A stretch of DNA of 63,848 bases, filler included, from Salisapilia sapeloensis CBS 127946 (lineage: Eukaryota > Protista > Oomycota), in NCBI GenBank assembly GCA_023334545.1. It is 10 parts of 10 records of this genome, joined end to end, with 100 filler letters (N's around TTAATTAATTAA, not from the genome) between each part and the next. Parts side by side here need not be neighbours in the genome. Positions count along the whole stretch, not along the records: positions 3,787 to 14,961 come from JAADVB010000434.1; positions 15,062 to 16,939 come from JAADVB010001019.1; positions 17,040 to 27,800 come from JAADVB010000442.1; 7 more parts are not named here. One strand, 5' to 3'. Position 1 is the stretch's first letter, and every line of letters begins with the position of its first letter. The translations under genes and the position numbers were made by a program. Positions 10,851 through 22,254 of this stretch are shown one piece after another. The notes under the pieces were generated by a model. It did no database searches. It had not been told where the DNA came from and worked only from the letters and a program-made list of their open reading frames with translations.

Positions 10851-13070
10851 TTACACGCCCGTCGCCGCTTGATGCAGCGCCTGCAGCCACTTGTCGAATT
10901 CTGCCTTGCTCTCGGCTGCCATAAGCAATCGCCGGCCGTTCGACGCCGTTACCTCCATGCACAATCGCCTGTGCCGATCGGATACCACGTGGCACACCGA
11001 CAGCTTATTCAGGAGAGGACCGTGGTCGTTCTCAAAGTAGCATAGCGTCGTACCGTGGAGGGTGAAGAACCTGCTCTTCCATGTCTTGAACGTCCCGCCC
11101 TGCTTCCGGAGGTACCCGCTGCACGTTGGGACGACCGACATGTCGTTCAGCGAGAGGGAGAGGGACCTACCGCCCGACAAGGACGCCTCCTCTTCTTCGG
11201 AAGAAGAGGAGATGACAGGCACATCCTGCTCTTCCTCCGACCCCAAGACGGCAGTCTCTCCGTTCTGCTCCACGGCATGGAGGAGGCAGCGGTGCCACAT
11301 CGCCATCTCGCTCTGTCCTGCCGTCGCGATGGACAGCACTCTTCCTCCGACCATCGTCACATCCAGCGAAAATGGACGCTGGAAACCTAGCTTCACGTCA
11401 GTCACGACGCCCTGACCTAGCACAGTAGTGCCGATGTCCTGCGAGTACGACATCTTCTTCCCTTCCAAGACAAAAAACCTTCGCTTCCACGACTTGACGT
11501 TCTGTCCTCTCTTGAAGAGAAAGCCTCGCCCTGGGTCCTCCATTCCATTCCCGCTCATCATGCTCCCGCTGCTCCCGGCCGTCGATGCCAGGGACGCCAG
11601 GGATGCCACCTTGGACGGAGAGTACTCGTCCACCGACTTGAGCAGCGCCTCGTACCACGCCACCATATCCTCATACCCCTGCGCCCGTAGTCTCAAGACT
11701 CTCCCCGTCTTGAGCTCCACCTCCAGCTCTCCATTCAGCCGCACTGTAGCGACCGTCACGACTGCCAAAGGAGACGCTTCGACTTGCTCATAGTAACTCA
11801 GCGTTCGGCCTTCTAGCACAAAGTACCGTCGCTTCCACGACTTGACGTTCTTCCCTTCTTTCTCCAGCCACCCTGCCTTGGAGACACTCTTGTCCGACGA
11901 GTTGCTCCCGCGAGACAGTCGCTGTCCCTCCGAAGACCTCAGCCGTAGCGTCTCTCGGTCCTGCCCTAGCACCTCCGCCAGCGCCTGCACCCACCTGCTA
12001 AAGTCCTCCTTCGTCTCGGCATTTACGCAGATAACGCGGCCAGAGTCGAGGCGAATGTCCATACATTCGGCGTCTTCTTTCGATAAACTGACGCCCGTGA
12101 CGATCCCACCTCCCTTGGCATCTTCCGCCGGTCCCTCTCGATACTGGAGACACGCGTCCTGGAGATAAAAGTACCTCTTCTTCCACGCTCGAGCATGCTT
12201 CCCTTGTTTATACAGCCACCCCTCGCAGTCCGCCACGTCTGCGAACGTCGCTTGGAGAAACGGCTTCTTATCGTCATTATCACCCAGACCAAAGCACGGA
12301 GGCTTGTTGATCGCCCTCGAGATCGCTGCATCCCACGCCTTGATCTCGTCGAACGTGTCGGCCGAGAGACGGAGGATGCGATTGTTATCCGAGTACACGT
12401 CGAGTCCGAACGGTCGATGCGGATTCCGATTACAGTCGTTCACTCGAGTCTCCCCCAACGGCGCGTCCGACTCGCTCGCGTGATACTGGAGTAAGTCGCC
12501 TCGTAACGTCATGAATCGCCGCTTCCACGTCTTAAAGTTCTGTCCTTCCTTGTACAGCCAGCCTCGCATCTCGACTTGACCATACGCTGCGGTCTTGGCT
12601 TTCTCTAGTTCGGACAATTGGGCTCGATGTTTCTCTAAGGCAGACTGCAGCAGACGATACCACTCGGTGCACTCGTCGTACGAGTCCAATTGCATCGTGA
12701 AGCCCTGGTTCTTGAGCTCACCAGAGATGGCCAAAGCGTTCTTATAGGACGGCGTGAACTCGACACCAGAGACCTTCACGCGACCCTTTTCTTCGATGCC
12801 TTTGCCGCTCGGTGAACGACCGACATAGTAGAGCAGCTCTCGGTTCTTCAGGACAAAGTACCGACGCTTCCACGTCGGGAGGACATGGCCCTGCTTACTC
12901 GCCCATCCGGCATGGTCACAGTAGGAAGTATTTTTTACGCGAGCGACTGCGACCACCTTGTTCTTCCATGAGGGACCTGTGTCGACGGCAATGGGGGAAA
13001 TCGACTCGCCTTGCATCCTCGTGACCTGTGGCGAGAGAAACGAAAAGTGCCCATGAGACCGTGCGTACAT
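10851..13070 (-). CDS. Protein with six tandem PH domains and no catalytic domain
   Basis: Six copies of the PH signature G(W/F/Y)LxKxG...WK(R/K/S)R(Y/F)F(V/T/Y)L, each with a C-terminal Trp helix. The ORF is 739 aa; the true start is probably MQGES (~13015). Confidence 0.9.
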   Translation of the reverse strand: MYARSHGHFSFLSPQVTRMQGESISPIAVDTGPSWKNKVVAVARVKNTSYCDHAGWASKQGHVLPTWKRRYFVLKNRELLYYVGRSPSGKGIEEKGRVKVSGVEFTPSYKNALAISGELKNQGFTMQLDSYDECTEWYRLLQSALEKHRAQLSELEKAKTAAYGQVEMRGWLYKEGQNFKTWKRRFMTLRGDLLQYHASESDAPLGETRVNDCNRNPHRPFGLDVYSDNNRILRLSADTFDEIKAWDAAISRAINKPPCFGLGDNDDKKPFLQATFADVADCEGWLYKQGKHARAWKKRYFYLQDACLQYREGPAEDAKGGGIVTGVSLSKEDAECMDIRLDSGRVICVNAETKEDFSRWVQALAEVLGQDRETLRLRSSEGQRLSRGSNSSDKSVSKAGWLEKEGKNVKSWKRRYFVLEGRTLSYYEQVEASPLAVVTVATVRLNGELEVELKTGRVLRLRAQGYEDMVAWYEALLKSVDEYSPSKVASLASLASTAGSSGSMMSGNGMEDPGRGFLFKRGQNVKSWKRRFFVLEGKKMSYSQDIGTTVLGQGVVTDVKLGFQRPFSLDVTMVGGRVLSIATAGQSEMAMWHRCLLHAVEQNGETAVLGSEEEQDVPVISSSSEEEEASLSGGRSLSLSLNDMSVVPTCSGYLRKQGGTFKTWKSRFFTLHGTTLCYFENDHGPLLNKLSVCHVVSDRHRRLCMEVTASNGRRLLMAAESKAEFDKWLQALHQAATGV

Positions 13071-14768
13071 GACATGGGTACGTCAGGTATAACAAATGCA
13101 AAAACCAGATGGACGGAAGGAAGAGCTGCTGGTCTATTTGTCCACTGCCGTTGCTAGCTCCTGCGCTTGGATCTCTACGATGCAGTCGCTTGGGTCTTTA
13201 CTAGGTACTCTCGTCCTTGGTGTTGAGTAGTAGACGGATGTACGCTGGGAACTTGATCGTATCAGGTGACGAGCCCGAGCGTCCTGTCTGTCTGGCTCGA
13301 TAGACCTCTGAAAGTCGATTTTACATATTCGGATTCAAGTGCCTGGTGTAGCCATCGAACATCCGATTCAAGTCAAGTTAGGGGAGCTGTTGGAATAGAC
13401 TTGGATGAAGTATGCATGTGGTTTCTTGTGGAAGGTTATATACTAGCGTGAGCGTTCTCTGTTGAGCTGTCTGATTTGTCTACTGGCGATGCTATTAGTA
13501 TTAACGGAAAGCCATTACAGCTTGACCCTTTTAGTGTCCATGAGAGGTATCTCATACTTCTCTCATTATACATTTATATCGAACAAGTTGACGAAATGGA
13601 ATTCAATCTGTTGATTCATAAATTCTTAGCTATCCGTAGTCTTATGCTTTGCTGGTGGAAAGTACTTATACGAAGGTGCATGGAGCGAGAGTGCCATTGA
13701 TGCGATATCGGATTAGGATGTGCTATGATGGATTTTTGTGTCCATTTCATGACATAGATGGGAAACGGAGATTACCACGGGTACTCACTGGATGCGTAGG
13801 CGATGCGAAATAGTGCCTTGAAAGCATCAGCATGGTGATGACGTCGAGCATTCGGTAGACACATACCAGAGTAGCTACACTATCATAAAGAGCAGTTTTA
13901 TGATGCATGATTGATACCTGTCTTTTCTTTCCTTCATGTTTGAATCTCAGCATGTGGCTGTCGATTGTTTGCTAGTACTACAGGCCGTTATTGATTCTCA
14001 CCAGCTCTCTTTTTCTTTATCATCTACATCTTTCATTACATCCATTTTGAAGTTGCTTCGTCTGAATGCTCGAAACCATACTGCTTCTTCGAGTTCATGT
14101 TCCATGCCAACCAGTCAGAACCATTCATGCTTTTTGGATGTCCCTCGTCGAATGTTTGCTACGTTGAGTCAGATCGGACAGCACTTCAATTGCTTCCACA
14201 TTCTAATCCAGATGACCATTTAACATATCAAGCTGCTGTCGGGATAGACGATATTCTTCGCAAGTAGCTCGACATCAATGTACCTCGCTTCCAAACAAAC
14301 AGCTTCCCGGAAACTATAGAGATAAAGTACATATGCGGTGCTATTGATGTCGTCTAAGTTAGTAAAATCCCTTTATCAGAAAGCGATCCAATACTTCAAG
14401 TACCACAAAAAGCTTTAATCTACATTGGTAAGCTCTGTGACTTCGCCTTCATGAGCCTCTTTTTTCTGATACCTGTCAAGACTTCTTACGTACGAAATTG
14501 ACGTGATCCAATGGTTCGGCATTTTGGGTAGATTAAATAACTTAGTGGATGGAAACTAATTGATGATAAATACATTCTGCGTTGAAGGGATCGGCATACG
14601 TCTTCTGTAATTGGTGTTGAATTGTTTGATGGATGCACGACGCAACATGGTGTTTGAGATACAGGCTTTTATCTCTTGATTGAGTGATGTGTGGGACTTT
14701 GTGTCGTACTTTTTCTCCATCACTCCATTCGTCTTCTTTCACTTGGACAGCTCGGCTACATCCTAGCA

Positions 14769-14787
14769 GCTCACTCTGCGATTTTCT
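14769..14787 (+). promoter_or_regulatory. Oomycete Inr+FPR core promoter element
   Basis: GCTCACTCTGCGATTTTCT matches the oomycete consensus GCYCAYTYYNCAWTTTNYY at 18/19 positions. It lies 62 nt upstream of the ATG at 14849. Confidence 0.75.
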
Positions 14788-14848
14788 CCTTCGCACCAAA
14801 GCACTCAAGAACCAAACCATCAACAACACTTTCGACCTACTTGCAACG

Positions 14849-14961
14849 ATGAAGAGCTCCAGCTTGTTCCTCGCTACCGTTGCTACCATGGTCTTGACGT
14901 CTCCACTCTCGTGTGCTCGCGCTGAAGAGGAAGAGAAGAAGGAAGAGTTGGCCGATGATAA
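14849..14961 (+). CDS. 5' fragment of a secreted or ER protein (signal peptide), cut by the contig end
   Basis: MKSSSLFLATVATMVLTSPLSCARA|EEEEKKEELADD: hydrophobic signal peptide, A-x-A cleavage site, acidic mature N-terminus. Confidence 0.7.
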
Positions 14962-17039
14962 NNNNNNNNNNNNNNNNNNNNNNNNNNNNNNNNNNNNNNN
15001 NNNNNTTAATTAATTAANNNNNNNNNNNNNNNNNNNNNNNNNNNNNNNNNNNNNNNNNNNNGGATGTTTGTATTTTCGACTCCATCCATAATGGTACCAT
15101 TGTTTATTGATGATGGTCTCCCTAAAGTTACTTGGCCGAGCTGTACCCATGGCATCAGTGAATCTTGACACATAGGTATCCCACATCATACAGCTCTCCA
15201 AAGGTGAAGTTGTGGAACTTGTCAGTTGCAAACTAGTTCTACGTGATTGAGAGAAGACTTTTAGTATTAGATCAGGGGCACAATTCCACTCTGGCAAATA
15301 CTTATGCCGTGTGAGCCATGAAAACCAATTCGGCAAATTTGGGATTCGCATGCAGTAATTCTAGTCATGATAATTGAATCAGCTATTCTCAGTGAACGCG
15401 GAATAGCCGATTCGATTTATCACTTGTCATTGAGAGCCTAACATGACACTTCATTACAACTTTCCGACCAAACTAGCACAGAAGCAAGTGATCGTTCGTC
15501 TTTAATGCAATCAGGAGGAAGCCATCTTCGAGGAGACTTCAAGTCACGCCTGGTGCTCGACATGTGCAGATTTAAAAAAAGCACGAGAAAGACTTGGTGA
15601 GCTCTTCGCTATTATTTCGGAACAGACATAGTACAGTGATGGACGAAATGATTGAGCGATATTTGTGACTCGCACTGTACCTCGTCCCACTGAATTGGCG
15701 AAGAGCTAAATATTGCAAGTAAGTCGAATGCAGCTTCAATCTGAAGGACTTCTGAGGATACGCTCGACACTATGACCCGCCAACGCTTGGCTGAAGAGCG
15801 GAAGATAGACGTGAATAGGAATAGAGAGGTGGTAAGCGATGTAAGAGTAGGACGAAACGGCAAAGACTTGATGTGGATCCCTACTACAGTTTGTACATCT
15901 GTTTTCATAATGCCTTGATTGACTTGCATAGTATCCGAATTACCGCTCAGCGAACACAACCTTTCTATTCTTGCTTACTTTGGTTATGTCGCTTGCTTGA
16001 CTTCTGGATACACTGACAATTTGCTCTCAAATAGTACTCTGATTTCTTTGCTCCTTCCGTTATGGCCATGATATACGAAGAATGATGGAAAAATGGACGG
16101 GATCATTTCCAGACCCTGCTTGAAAGTTCACAGTAAAGCAAAACATATCCACGACTAGACAAAATAATGATATTTGGACTGATATTTCATTGAGCCAAAA
16201 CCAGCGTAGGGCGTTGCCGGTGGAACGTAATTTCGCCCATGGATTTTACAACCGGGGACCGTTTACAACGGCTCAACAAAGATATGGCGATAGGACCTGT
16301 CGGTGGCACTGCTTTAAAAAGGAATCTAAAATGTAGCCGCTGCCGCAGCACCAGAGTATAAGCTATAGCCTGCGCGATGAAATAGGTGCTTTGATAAAAA
16401 CTTCGTTGCTAGTCGATGTGATGCCATATTTGCTGAAGCGAGGTGCAAAATTGAAAACAGCATGGGCCCTTTGCCGTGATAGATTTCAGCTGGTCCAATT
16501 TACAAAAAGGTACAGTAACTTTCTGTGACGGTGCCATATGCGTAATATTGGATGATCTCAAAATTTGTTTAGTATCAAAGACCCGTGTTATTCTTCCGTT
16601 TAGGAACGGCACAATCGGTTTGAGTGTGAGGAAGTTGGAGCAAAGTGTAAACTGATAGGTATGGTTATGGACAAAGAGCAATTGCAAAACATGATGATGA
16701 AGGAGAATTGCAAGTTCTTTGTCGACAATAAAGTTCGAAAAAATATGCGACGATCGAATTTATCTTATCTAGATGCGGCGCAATACACTGCTAGGCTACT
16801 AGTGCTACTAGTGCCACTAGTGCCACTGTTCCAGAGCACCGACTAACAGTTTTCTTAGCAAGAAGCGTCAGCAAATGCCTTTCGAGCAACGTATTTCGTC
16901 TCCTTAAGCAGCCCATGTGGGTGACCTGTGGGATAGCCANNNNNNNNNNNNNNNNNNNNNNNNNNNNNNNNNNNNNNNNNNNNTTAATTAATTAANNNNN
17001 NNNNNNNNNNNNNNNNNNNNNNNNNNNNNNNNNNNNNNN

Positions 17040-17477
17040 ACCGGTCACATTGCTCAACTACATCCAGCAAGTTAGCAAGTCTACTTACGCCTATGGGTCC
17101 AAACAGCTCACCGTCGTGGAAAAGGTGGCGGCATCTACAAACTCCTTCACGTAGGGCGAGTCCAAGTGACCCACTTGAACGATGCAGATGAGACTGGGGA
17201 TGAATTCGAGTCCTTTCGTGAGGATGATCGGAGTCATGAGTGACACCATCTTGTGGATCTCTGGCACCATCAACGGATCATCGGGGGCGAGCTTTTCAAA
17301 TCGTAAATCACTTCTAGATGCTTTCGGGGGTCCTGAGACTTTCGGCACGCGAGGTGATGCCAACGTTCCTTGTGGGGCAACAACAAAGTCACTCTTAAAA
17401 GTTTCACCTTCATCTTCATACGATCCACGGTGCCAAAGCAATGCTGAACGCTCATCTACTTCTCCATGTCGGACCAT
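17040..17477 (-). CDS. MATE-family efflux transporter, 5' part (truncated by the contig end)
   Basis: MVSLMTPIILTKGLEFIPSLICIVQVGHLDSPYVKEFVDAATFSTT, then an intron from 17111, then LSNVTG. This matches the first TM region of oomycete MATE proteins. Confidence 0.75.
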
Positions 17478-17540
17478 CTTCCAATACCTTATAAAGATAC
17501 TTGATAAAGAAGATAAAAGTGGTATGACAAATGGATACAT

Positions 17541-18729
17541 TCAAGTTACTTGCTGGTCATTGCCTTGGAAAGCCTCAGAGAGAGCCTGTAGTGCCGTTAG
17601 AGACGCTTCTTGCTCGTTTTGTACTACTTGCTCTAAATTCGCTACTTGATCTTCAATTTGATTCACACGCTCATCAATTCGCATTGCTTCCTGTGTCGTG
17701 ATAGCACTAAACTCTTTTAACTTCTTACGCTGCTGGTTTTCAATACGGTCACGAAAGGATTTTAAGTTGGCCGACACGGCTTCGATGATCGAGTCTGGAT
17801 TCGCCAGTTGTCGTATTTGGACCAATTCCTTTTGCCACCTCTCTTCCGTCACTCGGACACGTGCTTCGATGACACTTTCCACTTGGTCATTCATGGCACT
17901 CGTGAGCTTCGTAGACCTAGATAATTCTGCTTCAGGTCTTCCAGGAGTCATGTATGGATGGAGTCGCGTCTGAAGCTGTTGCTGCAATTGACTAAATTGA
18001 GCATCGGTACTCTTCTGTTGGCGAGATAACTCTGCGCTCGTGGCTGCAACACGATCTGCAAGGACATCCAATCGAGCCTCGATGCGAGGAATTGCTCTCT
18101 CGCAAGCATCCAGCTTTGCTTTCAATACATCATTCTCCGTCGAACCAGCCTAGTAGATCATCAATAAGATAAACGTAGATAGAGTTGTTAAAACACACAT
18201 ACCGTAGTGCGATGCTGTCTCTCCAACTTGGTCAAGAAACGTGCTAGTCGCTCTTCGAAGCTCTCACTCATGAGCTCAACCGTGCGGTTGACTACGAACT
18301 CTACATCCAACTGATGCAACTTTGCCGACGGTAACTCAGCCACCAGATCACTCTTCGTTGCATCTGCGATGGAGGTCACCAGCATAGTCGGATCAAGGTC
18401 TGATTCCGACCGAGTACTGCCTTCCGTTCCATACCGTTCTCGAGATCTCACATCCATATCCGTGTCGCTATCATCAAGTACATTCGTTGCCTCTCCATAT
18501 CGTAATATATCATCAACATGGACGTTTGCATCCTAAACATACAATAAATCTCCACTCTAAGTGCATGGCAACAGATAGCAGTAGCAACCTCTTTTCGTGG
18601 CGGAAGGTTGGACTCGTGTATCATATCGTCCGAAAGCATCTTACTCATCAAGAAAAGGAAGACCAAGTCGTTTACTAGTGCCATGAAACGCATACCATTC
18701 CAAGAGGTGGATTTATATTTGTTTTCCAA
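17541..18729 (-). CDS. Hypothetical coiled-coil protein, multi-exon; start uncertain
   Basis: ORF segments 18448-18729, 18188-18457 and 17541-18125 are linkable by short GT-AG introns; long heptad-rich C-terminus. Confidence 0.6.
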
Positions 18730-18753
18730 TCGGAAGCTCTAGGAAGTAACCAG

Positions 18754-20196
18754 CTACCCGTCCGTTGGTAGAATCTGATACGGTTCCTTAATCACAGCAT
18801 TCTCCCATCGAAGGGCCATACTCAGTCCATTGATCACACGAAGGCGCAGTCCCTCCATCGTATTATACGTCGTGCACATCCCAATCTTCACATGCAAACA
18901 CCCTTCTTGCGTCGTCGTGAACTCGAGCCACTTGAACGAATCGGCATACTCGAACGATCCACTGCGTTCAGCATGACGACGTAGCTCTGGATCCGACGGA
19001 TTTAAACATGGTTCACCAATCACAAAGCCATTGTCTGTCACGAGACGGAAACGAAGACGTATGACACGCATGGACCGATTCTCGATCATCGGATGCTTCA
19101 CATCCGTCACGACAACTAAAGCATTCTCATTAATACGCTGTAAAAGACGTTCTTGTACGACAGGTCGATGCAGATAGGATTTAGGCGATCGTTCAACATA
19201 GTTAAGTAAAGTCCAGGACGCTTCGATGACGTCATTCGGAGTGTAGTGTTCAAAGGTCTTGGAGAAACTCGCATAAAGCTGGTTCTTGCATGTCCTTTGG
19301 AAATGGACGTTCCATCCAAACGTCGAGACGGTCGATGGCACCTGCTCTTCACTCGACAAGGAGCTGCTTTCCGACCTGAGGTCGCTCATATCGTCACAAG
19401 GAGACTGGACGCCGATCTCGTCACTCGCTTCATACGCGTCAAACGGTTTCGCACCGCTGTCCAACGTAGCTATTTCATCTGCACATTTGCAAATCGCTTC
19501 GTCTGCCTCGGCCTGTGTGAGTGGGTTAAAGAAGAACTCATCCTCGAGCTGCGTCTGGTCTAGTTCCAAGTCTTTTTCATGGTCCGTCAGCACTTGTTGA
19601 AAACGCCGTTGGGCCTTTTGCTTCTCCGTCAGCATTCGCTCGAGCATATATCGCTCGCTTTGTAGTCGATGAGAGAGGTCAGCGAGCTCATAGTACCCCG
19701 ACTCCAATGCCAATTGGTTCTTCGTCTGATACGCGAGTATTCCAGCCTTCTCTTCTTTGCTCTTGGCCACTAATGCATCGTACTTTTGCTCTAGATCTTG
19801 CAGCACACCTCTCATCTTGACTATATCATCCCGCTGACGCTGCCTCGCACGTCGCATGGACTCTCGATTGCGTTTACGACGAACTTCAAGTGGTGTCAGC
19901 TTTCGTTCTGGGTTTTCGCCGAGCTCTTGCTTGACTTCGACTGTGTCAATGGCTAGCCCAGCATTCGTGGACGCATGGGTTGTGTCTGATGGTGGCGTAC
20001 ATGTTGCTGGTGGAGGCATTTCTACCTTGACTGGTTTATCGACATAATTGATGTCATTCGGCACAGCCGTCAGCGATTCGGAATAGACATGCTCGGTCGT
20101 GTCTGAGGTCCACAATGCCTGCATACATTCATTGGCAGTGTTTCGATAGACCTCTGCAAACACAGACATGTCAATGTCCATCTCATCGTTCAGCAT
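18754..20196 (-). CDS. bZIP transcription factor (oomycete type, with extended C-terminal domain)
   Basis: Basic region RRKRNRESMRRARQRQR (N-x7-R) followed by a leucine zipper; single 480-aa ORF. Confidence 0.8.
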   Translation of the reverse strand: MLNDEMDIDMSVFAEVYRNTANECMQALWTSDTTEHVYSESLTAVPNDINYVDKPVKVEMPPPATCTPPSDTTHASTNAGLAIDTVEVKQELGENPERKLTPLEVRRKRNRESMRRARQRQRDDIVKMRGVLQDLEQKYDALVAKSKEEKAGILAYQTKNQLALESGYYELADLSHRLQSERYMLERMLTEKQKAQRRFQQVLTDHEKDLELDQTQLEDEFFFNPLTQAEADEAICKCADEIATLDSGAKPFDAYEASDEIGVQSPCDDMSDLRSESSSLSSEEQVPSTVSTFGWNVHFQRTCKNQLYASFSKTFEHYTPNDVIEASWTLLNYVERSPKSYLHRPVVQERLLQRINENALVVVTDVKHPMIENRSMRVIRLRFRLVTDNGFVIGEPCLNPSDPELRRHAERSGSFEYADSFKWLEFTTTQEGCLHVKIGMCTTYNTMEGLRLRVINGLSMALRWENAVIKEPYQILPTDG

Positions 20197-20301
20197 GGAT
20201 GCACACGTCGTTCCTACTTGTATGAAGCGGATGTGCTCACTATGAGGGAGATGCCCGAATGACCTTCCGACAAGTCAGAATAACTATCATGAAGTCGATC
20301 A

Positions 20302-20315
20302 TTCATTGGCTAAAA
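20302..20315 (+). promoter_or_regulatory. CCAAT-box-like motif in the divergent bZIP/SWI3 promoter
   Basis: TTCATTGGCTAAAA resembles the oomycete extended CCAAT motif (TGATTGGCTRAAA). Confidence 0.5.
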
Positions 20316-20567
20316 ATACCCATTTCCCTAGCTTTTGATAGGATCCTTTCATACTCTGCTTCTCATCACATCTACGTACAATCACTTGCCAACGTCTACT
20401 CGACACAGGACCGAGCGCTACTATCGAAAGACAAGGTGTTGTGCATTTGCCAGTTCTCAGAACCATGGCATCTGGGCTTTTCCTTTACAGATCAAAAGTT
20501 TTCGCATCGTCCGTAATAAACAAACACACAAGTAGATAACCAACAAAACACGATTTCGAACAAACCC

Positions 20568-22157
20568 ATGGCTTCGTCTGCTGGCACCTCGAGCTCGAAT
20601 GCGCCGCAGGAGACGCCACCGCCGCCAGCGTCTTCGTCTGGGGCAAAGCCAACTGCTCTACCTCGATGCAGCGCCTGGTTTTCCCTCGACAAGATCAATC
20701 CGCTTGAAAAACGGATGCTACCCGAGTTTTTCATGCACGAAGACCAGCTAGCGTCGTCGCCAACGCCTTCCAAGACACCGACGATCTATATGAAATACCG
20801 CAACTACATGGTTCAGGCCTATCGCCAGCAGCCAGATGTATACTTGACGGCCACTGCTTGTCGACGTAGCCTCGCAGGAGACGCCTGCGCCATCCTCCGT
20901 GTGCACGAGTTCTTAACGCATTGGGGTATCATTAATTTCAGTGTCCCATCCCACAAACTCCCTCGATCCTATAATGCCAACTACAACATCCAACCTGCGA
21001 GTGCACCAGACTCGACGGACCAAACTTCTCCCATCGCTGTACTAGCCGAAGCGAGTAAAACGGACGATGAGAACGACGAAAGCCAGACAAAGTGCCAAGT
21101 CTGTGGCGTCCATGACGTCGCATTCACTTTATCAGCAGAAGCGAAGAGGCGTACAGCAGGCATGGCAGCTTCCATCGCTGGAAAGACTAACGGTAGCCAC
21201 GAAAACACGTCTGGATCGAATGAAATGGCGATTGATGTATTTTGTGCTAAACCTGGAAGTGGCGTCTGTGTCGACTGCTTCCTCTCTCGCTCCTTTCCTG
21301 AAGGCATCTCAGCTTCGGACTTTGAACGTCGAAAGCATCAGCCAGAGTGGACAGAAGCTGAGACGACGGCACTCCTCGAAGCTGTCAACGTCGGAGCGAA
21401 GAACACGGAAAAAGGGTGTGACTGGAATGAAATCGCTGCCAAAGTCGAGACGAAAACACCGGAAGAGTGTGTCATGCATTTCCTCGAGCTCCCGATCTCG
21501 ACACCAACACACCTCCCGACACGTACGACAGAGGCACCAACCGTTACAGATCGACCATATGAATACGCTGATGGGATGAATGGATCCGTCGTGGATCTAG
21601 CTAAGCTACTAGAAGACGTAGATCCGTTCGTGGCGAAAGCAGCAGCCAAGGCAGCTGTCCAAGCCATTCAACAGCTACATACATCTACTACATCGGACAA
21701 TGGGAACGCAGATGTAAATGATGTACTAAAACAAACGGTGGAGTCTGTGGAGAAAAGTAAAGAAGAGATCGGGTATGATCCGTCGGGAGTCCACGACATC
21801 AAGGTGGAAGGTAGTACATCCAACGGACAGGATGTCGAGATGGAAGAGAAGGATGAAAAGACGAACGTATCGAAAGACACGATACAAGTCGCCAAGCAAG
21901 CAGCTGATGCCACTGCCGTCGGTCTACTAGCCGGTAGAGCCGACAACATTAGACGAACGGAAGTGGAGACGCATGGTCGAGACATGATGCTGGAACTTGT
22001 GCAGAATCAAGTGCGGCAGATGGAGCTCAAGATGAAGAAATTAGAGGCATTGGAGAAGGTGGTCCAGGCTGAACGGGAGGATTTGAAGAAGGAAAGATAT
22101 GAGTTCTATCTAGAGAAACTCAAATGGTCGCGAGACCATGTAGGTGCCAAGAGATAA
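20568..22157 (+). CDS. SWI3: SWI/SNF complex subunit SWI3/SMARCC-like (SWIRM, degenerate ZZ finger, SANT)
   Basis: SWIRM (WFSLDKINPLEKRMLPEFF...YMKYRNYMV...ILRVHEFLTHWGIINF), SANT (WTEAETTALLEAV...WNEIAAKVETKTPEECVMHFLELPI) and a C-terminal coiled coil. Confidence 0.92.
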   Translation: MASSAGTSSSNAPQETPPPPASSSGAKPTALPRCSAWFSLDKINPLEKRMLPEFFMHEDQLASSPTPSKTPTIYMKYRNYMVQAYRQQPDVYLTATACRRSLAGDACAILRVHEFLTHWGIINFSVPSHKLPRSYNANYNIQPASAPDSTDQTSPIAVLAEASKTDDENDESQTKCQVCGVHDVAFTLSAEAKRRTAGMAASIAGKTNGSHENTSGSNEMAIDVFCAKPGSGVCVDCFLSRSFPEGISASDFERRKHQPEWTEAETTALLEAVNVGAKNTEKGCDWNEIAAKVETKTPEECVMHFLELPISTPTHLPTRTTEAPTVTDRPYEYADGMNGSVVDLAKLLEDVDPFVAKAAAKAAVQAIQQLHTSTTSDNGNADVNDVLKQTVESVEKSKEEIGYDPSGVHDIKVEGSTSNGQDVEMEEKDEKTNVSKDTIQVAKQAADATAVGLLAGRADNIRRTEVETHGRDMMLELVQNQVRQMELKMKKLEALEKVVQAEREDLKKERYEFYLEKLKWSRDHVGAKR

Positions 22158-22254
22158 GCACATGACATGTGACTTCCTACGCTTCTCCATTTACACTTGT
22201 GTTATGTATGTCTTTTACATGTCGTACGATTGACAAGAAGTTGTGACAACGAAG

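Noticed and set aside
13108-14540. Possible multi-exon or decayed genes between the PH gene and the secreted fragment
   Set aside because: I could not build a consistent spliced frame or recognise a domain, so it is left unannotated.
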